Source: Candidatus Altimarinota bacterium (lineage in GTDB: Bacteria > Patescibacteriota > Gracilibacteria > CAIRYL01). From it: a stretch of 64,000 nt of DNA. The stretch is from positions 1,152,001 through 1,216,000 of the forward strand of contig OZ252287.1 of assembly GCA_965250085.1 (NCBI GenBank), in the 5' to 3' direction. Made by a program: the position numbers and the translations under genes. The notes below the pieces were generated by a model. It saw nothing but the letters and a program-made list of their open reading frames with translations. It searched no databases and had not been told where the DNA came from. Shown piece after piece: positions 31,244-40,759 of this stretch. The stretch's first letter is position 1. The number at the start of each line of letters is the position of its first letter.

Positions 31244-32284
31244 TTAGAGATTTCGAAGTTCTTCCTCAGCTTGAAGTCTTTTTTCAGAAGAAGAATTATC
31301 ATTGACAATTCTTTCGAGTAAAGCTTTTCTGTTTTGAGCTTGAAGTTCTTCGGGTGATGGAGGTGGTTTAGGAAAATGCTCCAATTGCATCAAAGGATCT
31401 ACTGACTCATTTCCAGTTCCGTGCCAAGGACGGATTTTCGCATTATTTCCTGGAGCCATTTGACTGAGCCATCGCTCGAGGGTCATATCTCTCACCATTG
31501 TAGTTTTTGCTAAATCTACTTCTCTTCCTGGTGTTTCTGCAGCACCTCTTAAAATTTGATTTGTATATGAAATTAACGGATCTACACTATCTACATATCT
31601 GATTTTATCGGCAGGCATAAGACACATATCTTCAAGAGCTTTTCTTCCAAAGCGCTGAAGTGCAACGATTTCAGAAACAGGATGTAAAATAAGTGCCGGA
31701 ACGTTCAATGTTTTGCCTTGATAACGAATATTCTCCATTCCCACTGGAACCAAGACATATGGTGATTCGCGAACATCAAATTTACTAGTGAGTTCTGTGA
31801 CATCTCTCAAAGTTTTTGGCATCATTACGGCTGTTATTGCACTACTCTCTGCTCCATTATATTGCACCGATGCTACAGATCTTTCTTGAAACGTTTCAAT
31901 ACCGGTCGTTGAAAAACTCAAGCCTTCACCAAGCTGTTGTGTTCTCCAGCAATTTGGGGCGCTGTCGAGCCTGCGTTCCCACTTGCAAATTTCTACAAAA
32001 TCTTGAGGAACATCGCCAATACTTGCCCTTCCTCCACCACCGATCAAACTTCCATATCCTATAATTGCCACGGGAGCATCGAGGCCCAATTGCTCAAATC
32101 TAAGATTTATTTCATCTTCAAATTCTCTATACAGAGCTTCCGCAGGATATTGTTGAGATATTTTAGCAGAATCATGATCAAAGGATAGAAATCCCACATT
32201 TTTTCTAATACGCTCAAGAAAATCCTCCTTTTGCGCTTCTTCCGGAGTGAGAATTAGCCGTTCCTGAATAGATTCATTTTTCAT
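31244..32284 (-). CDS. Gamma-glutamylcyclotransferase (ChaC/GGCT)-like protein
   Basis: IIGYGSL loop and FDVRESPY motif. Confidence 0.55.
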   Translation of the reverse strand: MKNESIQERLILTPEEAQKEDFLERIRKNVGFLSFDHDSAKISQQYPAEALYREFEDEINLRFEQLGLDAPVAIIGYGSLIGGGGRASIGDVPQDFVEICKWERRLDSAPNCWRTQQLGEGLSFSTTGIETFQERSVASVQYNGAESSAITAVMMPKTLRDVTELTSKFDVRESPYVLVPVGMENIRYQGKTLNVPALILHPVSEIVALQRFGRKALEDMCLMPADKIRYVDSVDPLISYTNQILRGAAETPGREVDLAKTTMVRDMTLERWLSQMAPGNNAKIRPWHGTGNESVDPLMQLEHFPKPPPSPEELQAQNRKALLERIVNDNSSSEKRLQAEEELRNL

Positions 32285-32362
32285 GATTTTGTATTATAAC
32301 ATAAAAAATTAAATTTAGAAAGGAACTTCCCCACTTTTTTCTCTTATGCTAGGATATCTGCC

Positions 32363-33718
32363 GTGAATTTTTCCAAGTCATTTTCGGATCGGGTCACCAG
32401 TATAAATGAGCTGGTGCAGTTTTATGTCACTTCTGCAATAGGTCAAGAGGACCTTCTAATGGGAGTGGAATGGGAGCGATTTGGTGTATACAAAGATTCA
32501 CATGAAGGAGTGCCATATCTTGGAGAAAAGGGATATCTGAAAGTTCTCAAATATCTTCACCAAGAAAAAGGATGGGAAATAGAAGATGCTGACGGAGAGT
32601 ATATTTTTACCCTCAAGAGAGGGGATTCACGGACTACTGTGGAAGGTGATGGGAAGCCAGAAATAAGTGCATCACCACATCATTCACTTCATGATGTCGC
32701 GGATGAAATTATGCAGCATTCGGGCGAAATAGAAGAGATTTCACAAAAACTCGATATTGAATGGATAGCAGTGGGGCTCCAGCCCTTTTTGCGTCATGAC
32801 CAGATTCCACTCGTGCCCAAAAAGAGATATGAGATGTGGGATCGCATTTTTCCAGATCATCAGGACTGGATGCATACCTATATGAAGGCTCTTTCAGGCA
32901 TACACTTGAATTTTGACTATGTCAGTGAGAAAGATTTGATCTGTAAGGCTCAGGCTCTCTTTCGCCTTGCTCCTATCCTCGCTGCCATGTTTGCCAATAG
33001 CCCATTTGTGGAAGGAAAACCAGGAAAATGCTTAGGAATGCGACGTGGAAAAATGTTTCAGGGTGGTTTTGGGCAGGAGAAGATGATGAATGGAATCCTT
33101 GATAAAGATTTTTCTTTGAAAAAATGGATAGACTGGTATGTGGACCTTCCGGTTGTCATCTTTCCCTTTGATCAAGAGAGAGCCGTCCCTAAAAATTTTA
33201 CTTTTCGAAAATGGATGACAGAGGGATATGAAGGAAAATTCCCCACTTTTTTTGATTTTGATCAGCATCTCAAGACCCGTTGGACAGATATTAGATTTCG
33301 GCCTTCGTATATGGAACTCAGAGTCATTGACACCCTCCCCTTCCCACTCTTGATGTCAGCAACGGCTTTTATAAAAGGACTGCTTTTTGTCCCAGATGGA
33401 TGTAAGGAGATTGCTGACATAACACAAGGCTGGACAGAGCAGACCATTACAAAGCTCCATAGAGAAGGGTGTGACAAAGGCATGAAAGCTGAGACACATG
33501 GCGTAAGTATTTTGGAGATAGCAAGGCACCTCTTTGAAATTTCTCAAAAAAATCTTGAGAGATTTCATATCATGAATACGAAAGGACAGGCAGAAGATAT
33601 CTACTTAGAACCATTACAAAGACTCCTCCAGAAAGGAATTTCTCCAGCAGAAGATCTTCTGGAGTTTTCGAAGGGTGATCCTCATAAAACTGTAGAGTGG
33701 ATGAAGAAAGAATTCTAA
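32363..33718 (+). CDS. gshA: Glutamate-cysteine ligase (GCS2, plant/alphaproteobacterial type)
   Basis: GVEWERF, PKKRY, HLNFDY, FANSPF, RFRPSYMELRVID. Confidence 0.85.
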   Translation: MNFSKSFSDRVTSINELVQFYVTSAIGQEDLLMGVEWERFGVYKDSHEGVPYLGEKGYLKVLKYLHQEKGWEIEDADGEYIFTLKRGDSRTTVEGDGKPEISASPHHSLHDVADEIMQHSGEIEEISQKLDIEWIAVGLQPFLRHDQIPLVPKKRYEMWDRIFPDHQDWMHTYMKALSGIHLNFDYVSEKDLICKAQALFRLAPILAAMFANSPFVEGKPGKCLGMRRGKMFQGGFGQEKMMNGILDKDFSLKKWIDWYVDLPVVIFPFDQERAVPKNFTFRKWMTEGYEGKFPTFFDFDQHLKTRWTDIRFRPSYMELRVIDTLPFPLLMSATAFIKGLLFVPDGCKEIADITQGWTEQTITKLHREGCDKGMKAETHGVSILEIARHLFEISQKNLERFHIMNTKGQAEDIYLEPLQRLLQKGISPAEDLLEFSKGDPHKTVEWMKKEF

Positions 33719-33740
33719 AAAGTGGTAAGCAGAACAAGGA

Positions 33741-33775
33741 AATTACAAATGACAAATTACGAATTACGAAATGAA
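33741..33775. repeat. 7-bp-periodic array after gshA
   Basis: AATTACA AATGACA AATTACG AATTACG; same unit as in the guaA insertion. Confidence 0.7.
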
Positions 33776-33872
33776 GAACTTTTGACTTTCTGTCACAAAA
33801 TTGTCCCTTCGTGGTTCCATAATTTCTGTTTCTTGAAAGAAAGTAGGCAGTAGGCATTAAATGCATTGAAAT

Positions 33873-33902
33873 ACCCCCTCCAGCTCCCCCTGCAAGGGGG
33901 AG
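33873..33902. repeat. REP-like hairpin (CCCCCTC..CTCCCCCT..AGGGGGAG family)
   Basis: ACCCCCTCCAGCTCCCCCTGCAAGGGGGAG. Confidence 0.7.
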
Positions 33903-33908
33903 GGTTTT

Positions 33909-34529
33909 TTAAGTAAAAAACACAAAAAGCTCTACAAATGTCGCTAGGTAATTTGCCATGGGGACCAATATTTTTTCAAAAATTCTGATACCAAATATAA
34001 ACTGAACCCCCAACAATCCAAAAAGAAGAAGAGGACCATACGGGTAAAACTCATTGTAGGTTCTCCGAAATTTTTGCGGAATAAAAAGCCTCAAAATCTT
34101 TTCTCCGTCCAGAGGAAAGATGGGGAGAAGATTAAAGACCGCTAAAAAAATATTGATCAGAAACATGACACTCATGAGCTCATTTACCCACAGTGACATA
34201 TCGACCGTAAAATGCCATATATACCGCGTGAGAATTGCGAGCAGTATATTAGAAAGTGGTCCTGCTGCTGCTACCAATGCCATATCCAGTCGAGGATGAG
34301 AAAAGTTTTTTGGATTTATTGGCACTGGCTTTGCCCAGCCAAAATGTACGATGAGGAGAAAGAGAAGACCGGATATGTCTAAGTGCTTCAGGGGATTCAG
34401 GCTAATGCGGCCTTCATATTTTGCCGTGGGATCTCCCAAGAGATACGCACTCAGGGCATGAGAGGCTTCATGCACCGAAACAGAAAGGGCAAAGGTAAGA
34501 ATCCAGAAGAATGTAAGCGTAATTTCCAT
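33909..34529 (-). CDS. Site-2 protease (M50) family
   Basis: HEASH, GDPTA, NLLPIFPLDG. Confidence 0.95.
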   Translation of the reverse strand: MEITLTFFWILTFALSVSVHEASHALSAYLLGDPTAKYEGRISLNPLKHLDISGLLFLLIVHFGWAKPVPINPKNFSHPRLDMALVAAAGPLSNILLAILTRYIWHFTVDMSLWVNELMSVMFLINIFLAVFNLLPIFPLDGEKILRLFIPQKFRRTYNEFYPYGPLLLFGLLGVQFIFGIRIFEKILVPMANYLATFVELFVFFT

Positions 34530-34587
34530 TGACCAGGCACATAGAATATGAAAGAATCCTCCGGCATTATTTCACTCAAATTTGTAG

Positions 34588-34830
34588 ATGGCAAAAATAT
34601 GTCACATATCGGGCACAAAACCATCATCCGGACACAATGTATCGCATTCTGTGCGTCGTACAAAGCGAAGATTCCTTCCCAATCTCCAATGGAAGAAGAT
34701 CTGGGATCCGGTAAAGAAACAATTTGTTCGCGTACGCATTTCTGCCAAAGCCCTGAGAACCATCAATAAACCACTTACAAAAAGAGAACAAGCACGAATG
34801 GAACGGAAACTCGAAAGTAAAGCTCAATAA
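34588..34830 (+). CDS. rpmB: 50S ribosomal protein L28
   Basis: [27 protein letters not shown]. Confidence 0.96.
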   Translation: MAKICHISGTKPSSGHNVSHSVRRTKRRFLPNLQWKKIWDPVKKQFVRVRISAKALRTINKPLTKREQARMERKLESKAQ

Positions 34831-34851
34831 TTTCCATCATAGAAAAAGCAA

Positions 34852-34970
34852 TTGTCATCCCGGACTTGATCCGGGATCTCTATTTACCTGATAAACTAAT
34901 TTGGGAGACAGAATCTATCCTTTTGTGTATTTCAGAATCTCGAGATTCTGAAACAAATTCAGCATAACAA
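34852..34970. repeat. Cluster of GTCAT-type palindromic repeats
   Basis: TTGTCATCCCGGACTTGATCCGGGATCTC (34852-34880); perfect 24-bp palindrome TTTCAGAATCTCGAGATTCTGAAA (34930-34953) running into inverted TTGTTATGCTGAATTTGTTTCAG. Confidence 0.75.
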
Positions 34971-35023
34971 AATACGTTTTTGTATTTTCCTTAAAGCGAT
35001 GATCATATATCATTTCTTGGCGC

Positions 35024-35113
35024 GGAGAGGTGGCAGAGTGGTCGATCGCGCACGCTTGGAAAGCGTGTAAGGTAGCAATATCTTCACGGGTTCGAATCCC
35101 GTCCTCTCCGCCA
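35024..35113 (+). tRNA. tRNA-Ser(GGA)
   Basis: GGAGAGG/CCTCTCC acceptor, CACGC-TTGGAAA-GCGTG anticodon arm, long variable arm, GGTTCGAATCC, encoded CCA. Confidence 0.98.
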
Positions 35114-35236
35114 GTACGTGCACTAATGGCATGTTTGCATCCGTGATATCGCATATTCATGCGGCTTTTTCGTATTCTTAGGAAGTCTTTTTGGGACCTG
35201 CTCAATGCGTATTTTACAAATTCTTTGAATCCTTAG

Positions 35237-35767
35237 ATGGTGAAGAAGGGAGAAGGTGCATTGAATGAAATTGAAAATAAAGATACAAAAATCGGTATTT
35301 TAAAAATGCAACTCGGAGATGCAAAAAGCAATCTTGAGGCAGTTTTGCAATATCAAGATAATAGTGTTCAAGTATCACAAAAAGAGTTAAAAATACAAAA
35401 GCCATTTAATCTTTGCGTTTTGGGCGAAGTCGTAGATGAAAACTCAATTAAACAAGAATTGAATAATTATTTTTTGAAATATGGAGTTAATGCAACAGAT
35501 TGGAATATTGATTTTTTCAATAATGTAAAACTTCGCAATAGTGATATTGTGAGTAAGTTAAAAAAGGGGCAAAGTAAATACAGTTTAGTAATTACAGCTC
35601 AAATCCATCATCATTCTGGAAAAGGAAATACAAGTGCAAATCTTTTGACAGAATTAAAGAATGAAAAATATGTTGACCATATTGTTGGCTGTTCGCCAAA
35701 AAGTAAATTGACAGTTGATAATATTTTAACTGAACTTGATAAGTATTTATCTAAAGATAGTAATTAA
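35237..35767 (+). CDS. Hypothetical island protein (possibly N-terminally truncated)
   Basis: 176-aa low-GC ORF. Confidence 0.6.
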   Translation: MVKKGEGALNEIENKDTKIGILKMQLGDAKSNLEAVLQYQDNSVQVSQKELKIQKPFNLCVLGEVVDENSIKQELNNYFLKYGVNATDWNIDFFNNVKLRNSDIVSKLKKGQSKYSLVITAQIHHHSGKGNTSANLLTELKNEKYVDHIVGCSPKSKLTVDNILTELDKYLSKDSN

Positions 35768-35769
35768 AG

Positions 35770-35949
35770 GGAGTTTCGTTTGCGCGCGCATTGGGTGGGT
35801 TGGGGTAAGCGCAATATGATTTGCTTATGCCAAGCGTTAGTTTGGCATGATCCGCTTTTATAGAGTTGCTACAAACTCGAACGAAGTCACTGAGCGAACA
35901 CACGAAAGCGCCGTAGTAGCCACAGGAACGAGGTAGCTCGTGAATGAGC
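35770..35949 (+). repeat. Conserved GC-rich noncoding element, copy 1 (copy 2 at 40555-40759)
   Basis: First ~90 nt align, both end CTCGTGAAYGAGC; hairpins with compensatory change. Confidence 0.8.
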
Positions 35950-36175
35950 AATACGCAGGCCATATACCATTACGAAGCTTCTGGCGAATACCCCTCCTTA
36001 TATTTTCCGAAAGATTATCAACATAGTATTTCGATTGTCCAAAAGTGATATTGAGCATGAACTTTCCTTGTGGAGTGGAATCAAACCAAAAAGTTGGGAA
36101 TTTTATGGTTTTGTTTTCGTCGCTTCCTTTGAAAAATTCAAAAAATTCGGTATGATTAAGATACAAAGTTTTCAT
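35950..36175 (-). pseudogene. Large serine recombinase fragment
   Basis: FPTFWFDSTPQGKFMLNITFGQSKYYVDNLSENIRRG..KLRNGIWP (end of catalytic domain and alphaE helix); catalytic YxRxS and C-terminal domains absent. Confidence 0.85.
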
Positions 36176-36217
36176 ACTTTATATTATAATCTATGTATCA
36201 AATTATACAATACCACT

Positions 36218-36415
36218 ATGAGCATTGCGAATAATTTAAAAAAGATCCGTGCCGAAAAGGGCTATCCTCTTGAAAAGATCGCCCGTCTTGCTGATTTATC
36301 GCTTAGTACGGTTGTAAAAGTAGCAGACGGCACGAACCAAAATCCAACGATTGATACCCTAACTAAAATCGCCAAAGCTCTTGAGATTGGTGTTGATGAT
36401 TTAATACAGAAATAA
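36218..36415 (+). CDS. XRE-family HTH regulator (C-protein-like)
   Basis: NLKKIRAEKG..EKIARLA..NPTIDTLTKIAKAL. Confidence 0.92.
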   Translation: MSIANNLKKIRAEKGYPLEKIARLADLSLSTVVKVADGTNQNPTIDTLTKIAKALEIGVDDLIQK

Positions 36416-36426
36416 ATATTAAAACT

Positions 36427-38448
36427 ATGACAATACAAATTCAACAAAAAGACGGCAAAATTTACAGTCCAATTCGCGACAAGTGGCTTGTGGAAACGCC
36501 AGAAGAAAAAGTGCGACAAGAATTTGTCGTGGTATTGATGAGTCAATATGGATATGACACAGCGCAACTTGGTGAGGAAGAAAAAACGGAGCGAGGAAGA
36601 GGAAGTTCGCGCGCCGACATTACTATTTATAAATCAAAAGAATCCAAAGACAAGAAAGAACCTCCGTTTATCGTGATTGAGTGCAAATCGGACAATGTCA
36701 AAGTTTCCGAAAGAGATTATGCACAAGGCGAATCTTACGCACGAGCCATGCAAGCGCCGTTTTTTGTAACTCACAACAGCCACGAAACAAAGTATTGGAA
36801 AGTTTTGACCGACAAAATCCCTGGACATTTGCAAGAGATTGAGGATATTCCCAAAGCAAACGCCACCGAAAAGCAAATTCAAGAAATTCTCAAAAAACTG
36901 AAAGTTTTTAAAGAAAACGAATTTGCCGACCTCTTACATAGTTGCCACAACATCATCCGTGACCGCGAGGCAGCGAGTGCAGATCTAGCGTTCGATGAAA
37001 TTGCCAAAATTCTTTTTATGAAAGTGTATGCAGAAAGAAGTTTAAAGGCAGAAATGAAAGAAAATATTTTTACTCTTAAATGGGTTGAACAAGCGGAACA
37101 ATTTACATCAAACTTTTTAGATAAAACATTTGAAGATACTAAAAAAGATTTTGGCAAAGACAAAATTTTTCTACCTGATGAAAAATTAAAGCTAAAACCA
37201 GCAACAATAAAAGCAATCATTCAAAAACTTGAAGTTTATAATCTTTCTGCAACATCGGAAGACATCAAAGGAATTGCTTTTGAGCGATTTTTAGGCAAAA
37301 CATTTCGCGGTGATCTTGGTGGTTTTTTCACACCACGAAGCATTGTAGAATTTATGGTGCACATGGTTGAGCCAAAAGAGGGCGAAAAAGTTTGCGACCC
37401 TGCCAGTGGTTCGGGCGGTTTCTTGATTCGCTTTTTTGAAATGGTACGCGAGCAGATTCACGAAGATGAAAACAAAAAATATAAAAAAGAAGTAGCAAAA
37501 ATTGAGAAACAAAACATTTCAGAAGAAGAAAAAGCAAAGCTCCAAACAGAAGCGTTTGAAAAAATGCAAAACGCGCTTGATAAAGAAACGGAAGACTCTC
37601 GCATTTGGAAATTGTCGCACGATTATATTTTTGGCACGGACAAAAACGAGCGAATGGCACGCACTAGCAAAATGAATATGATTATGCACGGAGACGGACA
37701 TGGTGGCATACATCATCACGACGGCTTCAAAAATGTGAATGGAATTCAAAATGGCGAGTTTGATATTATTCTTGCTAATCCGCCGTTTGGTGCAACAGTG
37801 CGGGAAAAAGATGTTTTGGAATTGTATGACTTGCCAAAATCAAAATCTATCAAAACAGAAACGCTTTTCGTGGAGCGGTGTTTGAATTTACTCAAAGACG
37901 TCGGACGAATGGGAATTGTTTTGCCCGAGGGTATTTTTAACAATCCAAACGCACTTTTTGTTCGTCAATTTGCCGAAGACAGGGCATTTTTGCAAGCAGT
38001 TATTTCACTTCCACCAGAAACTTTTAATTCTGCGGGAGCAAGTGTAAAAACTAGTTTGCTTTTCTTGCAGAAATTTACTGAAAAAGAAAGTCAACAGTGG
38101 CAAGAACTATTGCAAACACGGAAAGATGAAGTTTTAACGGAGCAAGAAAAAGAGCGAGGGAAATTGGATAAAGTTATAAAAGATAAGAAGGCGGACAAGG
38201 ATGAAAAGAAAGAAGCACGAACAAAACTCAAAGAACTGGACAAACAAGTAGATGAAAAAAGTCGCAAGCGAGCACGGGTGGATTTTGATTATCCAATTTT
38301 TATGGCGGAAGCGGAAAAAGTCGGCATTACCGCCGCGGGAGAGACTGGCGACAACGTGCCAAACGAACTACCAAAAATTTTGGAGCAATTTAAAACATAC
38401 AAAAAAGATCCGCAAAAGTTTTCAGAAAATTTAAAAAATGAGAAATGA
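36427..38448 (+). CDS. Fused HsdR_N-like endonuclease and N6-adenine methyltransferase (Type IIB/IIG-like R-M subunit)
   Basis: TPEEKVRQ, RADI..IECK nuclease motif; FFTPR, DPASGSGGF (motif I), NPPF (motif IV). Confidence 0.9.
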   Translation: MTIQIQQKDGKIYSPIRDKWLVETPEEKVRQEFVVVLMSQYGYDTAQLGEEEKTERGRGSSRADITIYKSKESKDKKEPPFIVIECKSDNVKVSERDYAQGESYARAMQAPFFVTHNSHETKYWKVLTDKIPGHLQEIEDIPKANATEKQIQEILKKLKVFKENEFADLLHSCHNIIRDREAASADLAFDEIAKILFMKVYAERSLKAEMKENIFTLKWVEQAEQFTSNFLDKTFEDTKKDFGKDKIFLPDEKLKLKPATIKAIIQKLEVYNLSATSEDIKGIAFERFLGKTFRGDLGGFFTPRSIVEFMVHMVEPKEGEKVCDPASGSGGFLIRFFEMVREQIHEDENKKYKKEVAKIEKQNISEEEKAKLQTEAFEKMQNALDKETEDSRIWKLSHDYIFGTDKNERMARTSKMNMIMHGDGHGGIHHHDGFKNVNGIQNGEFDIILANPPFGATVREKDVLELYDLPKSKSIKTETLFVERCLNLLKDVGRMGIVLPEGIFNNPNALFVRQFAEDRAFLQAVISLPPETFNSAGASVKTSLLFLQKFTEKESQQWQELLQTRKDEVLTEQEKERGKLDKVIKDKKADKDEKKEARTKLKELDKQVDEKSRKRARVDFDYPIFMAEAEKVGITAAGETGDNVPNELPKILEQFKTYKKDPQKFSENLKNEK

Positions 38449-39782
38449 AAACAGTAATTGCTAAGTACAAAGACCTTACACGCTGGGATGTTAAGAGCTT
38501 CCTTGCGAGTAGTTTTATATCGAGCAAAGAGGCTTTGCTTCCGATTTCTAGCTTTTTAGAACAAAGAAAGAAGGTATTTGATGATAATGAGCTTCCAATA
38601 ATGCTTTCTGTACATTTTGGTGGCACTATTTCGGAGAGAAAGCGAAAAGCAATTAGAGGTCGATTATTTGTTGCTCATGCAGAAGATTTTGTTTTTTCAA
38701 AAATTGACGCCCGTAATGGAGCTTTGTGCATGATCCCAGAACAATATGAACAGGTAGCATTTACCTCCGAATTTCCGATATATAAACTCAAGAGTGAGTG
38801 GAGAACCAAGGTATCACTACAATATTTGAAATTAGTCTTACTTTCTCCTTTATTTTTAGAGATTTTAAATTCTCTTGTCAGCGGAGCAAGTGGTAGAAAA
38901 AGAATTACACCAGATCAGTTTGAGAATATAAAAATCCCGATTCCTGACATTAAAACTCAGCAAAAAATTGTTGCTGATTTCCACAAAGCCAAAACGCAAG
39001 CTGAAAGATTACAAGTAAGGGCAGAGAAAAAAGAAAAGCAAATTGACGAATTTTTAATGCGCGAGCTTGGTATAGGAAAAATCGAACATAAAAAGAAAGA
39101 GGGTGCGTTTGTGGTGAATTTCAAAGATTTGGAGAGGTGGGGAGTAGGATTTGCTTCATGGGATTGGACATTAGATAATTTGTTATTTTCCAAAAAATTT
39201 GAACTTAAAAAGATTTCTCAAGTTGCTGTTGTTAATCCTGAATTTGTTTTTACTGCTGATGAAAAAAAACAAGATATATCATTTATTCCAATGGAATCTG
39301 TATCAAATAAGCATGGACAAATTGTAAAAACTGAAATTAAGAAATTTGAAAGTGTTTTTAGTGGATATACGAAATTTAGAGAAGGAAATATAATTTTTGC
39401 AAAGATTACTCCTTGTATGCAAAATGGAAAATGTGCAGTAGCAAAAAATCTTAAAAACAATATAGGCGTTGGCTCAACAGAATTTCATGTTATAAAGTTA
39501 AATGAAAACATTATTATTGCAGAATTTTTATGGAATATTTTAAGAAGTAATACTCTTAAGGAATCTGCACAAAGATTTTTTATTGGTTCTGCTGGACAGC
39601 AGCGTGTACCAGATTCTTTTTTGAAGGAATTAAAAATTCCTCTCCCTCCGCTATCCAAGCAAAAACAAATCGTCGAAAAGGTGGAAAAAATGCGTGAAGA
39701 AGTACAAAAACTCCGTACAGAATCTGCTGATATTTTGCAATCGGCAAAAAGCAGTCTACAAAGCGTAATTGTTGGAAAATAA
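38445..39782 (+). CDS. R-M specificity (S) subunit, two TRDs
   Basis: IPIPDIKTQQKIV and IPLPPLSKQKQIV conserved regions; AKITPCMQNGK, GSTEFHV, GSAGQQRVP. Confidence 0.9.
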   Translation: MKTVIAKYKDLTRWDVKSFLASSFISSKEALLPISSFLEQRKKVFDDNELPIMLSVHFGGTISERKRKAIRGRLFVAHAEDFVFSKIDARNGALCMIPEQYEQVAFTSEFPIYKLKSEWRTKVSLQYLKLVLLSPLFLEILNSLVSGASGRKRITPDQFENIKIPIPDIKTQQKIVADFHKAKTQAERLQVRAEKKEKQIDEFLMRELGIGKIEHKKKEGAFVVNFKDLERWGVGFASWDWTLDNLLFSKKFELKKISQVAVVNPEFVFTADEKKQDISFIPMESVSNKHGQIVKTEIKKFESVFSGYTKFREGNIIFAKITPCMQNGKCAVAKNLKNNIGVGSTEFHVIKLNENIIIAEFLWNILRSNTLKESAQRFFIGSAGQQRVPDSFLKELKIPLPPLSKQKQIVEKVEKMREEVQKLRTESADILQSAKSSLQSVIVGK

Positions 39783-39794
39783 CTTTTAAAAAAG

Positions 39795-40550
39795 ATGCTC
39801 TCAGATGAATTTATAAAAAATGAGATAAAATTATTTACTGACCTTGGAGATAGACTGGGCGGTGAAGTCTCATCTTGTAAAAAGTTCATCAAAGAGAGCA
39901 ATCACTCACAAATAGAGAAAGAATGGATGTCTGGTGTTATGAAATCATGTAATTACGGAGCCTTCCTTATTAAATTACTACTTGCATCTATTGACGAATA
40001 CAAACACCTCCCTGAAGAACAATTTGGGTTATATACAGGTAAAATTGCCATTCAACCTTTTTTGGAAATCATCAATTCCTTTGAACAAATACTTAATAAA
40101 CATACTGATGGAAATGATAGCCTAAAGAGTTTGTTGGAAGATCGAATAAACAAGAAAGTGGAAATACTAAATAAACAATTTACTGGAACAAGTGGAGAAA
40201 CGAAAAAATTCAAGGATAATCTCATTAAACAGCTCAAGATGAAAATTCATGAAATGGCTTTTGTTCGGGATACATTGCATAAGCATGAGATTATTGATGC
40301 GACTGATCGTGATATTTTAAATTTTGCATGGAACATTAGAAATTCAATGCACAATAATTTCTGTGCAATTAGAGATATTGATTTTACTTATCCAGACATC
40401 AAAACAAGGAGGGAATATCATTGGAAATTTTCTAAAGGCGAGGAATTATCTCATCCGACAGGTGATTTGATCGGATTTTATATTATTATAGAACAGATCA
40501 TTTTTATTCTACTGAAAGTTCTCCAAGGAGAGGATACTGAGACAGAATAG
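39795..40550 (+). CDS. Hypothetical island protein (weak HEPN-like RNSMH)
   Basis: 251-aa helical ORF after the R-M genes. Confidence 0.65.
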   Translation: MLSDEFIKNEIKLFTDLGDRLGGEVSSCKKFIKESNHSQIEKEWMSGVMKSCNYGAFLIKLLLASIDEYKHLPEEQFGLYTGKIAIQPFLEIINSFEQILNKHTDGNDSLKSLLEDRINKKVEILNKQFTGTSGETKKFKDNLIKQLKMKIHEMAFVRDTLHKHEIIDATDRDILNFAWNIRNSMHNNFCAIRDIDFTYPDIKTRREYHWKFSKGEELSHPTGDLIGFYIIIEQIIFILLKVLQGEDTETE

Positions 40551-40554
40551 TGAT

Positions 40555-40759
40555 GGAGCTTCGTTTGCACGCACATTAGGTGGGTGGGGCAAACGCAATA
40601 TGATGTGTTTGTGCCATCCGTTAGTTTGGCACAATCCGTTTTTCTTTCCGCACAATTACCACAAAACTCTCATTGAAGCCGATAAGCGAGTCACGAGAAC
40701 GCTGACGAGGCATACGAGCGATAGCGAGTGCCAATCGGAAGCGTTTCTCGTGAACGAGC
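40555..40759 (+). repeat. Conserved GC-rich noncoding element, copy 2
   Basis: Aligns with 35770-35949. Confidence 0.8.

Noticed and set aside
34915-35205. ORF across tRNA-Ser
   Set aside because: Antisense reading of the tRNA and adjacent repeats.
35770-35860. Integron attC sites (CGTTAG core-like)
   Set aside because: No matching inverse core (RYYYAAC), no end-to-end attC palindrome, and no integron integrase.
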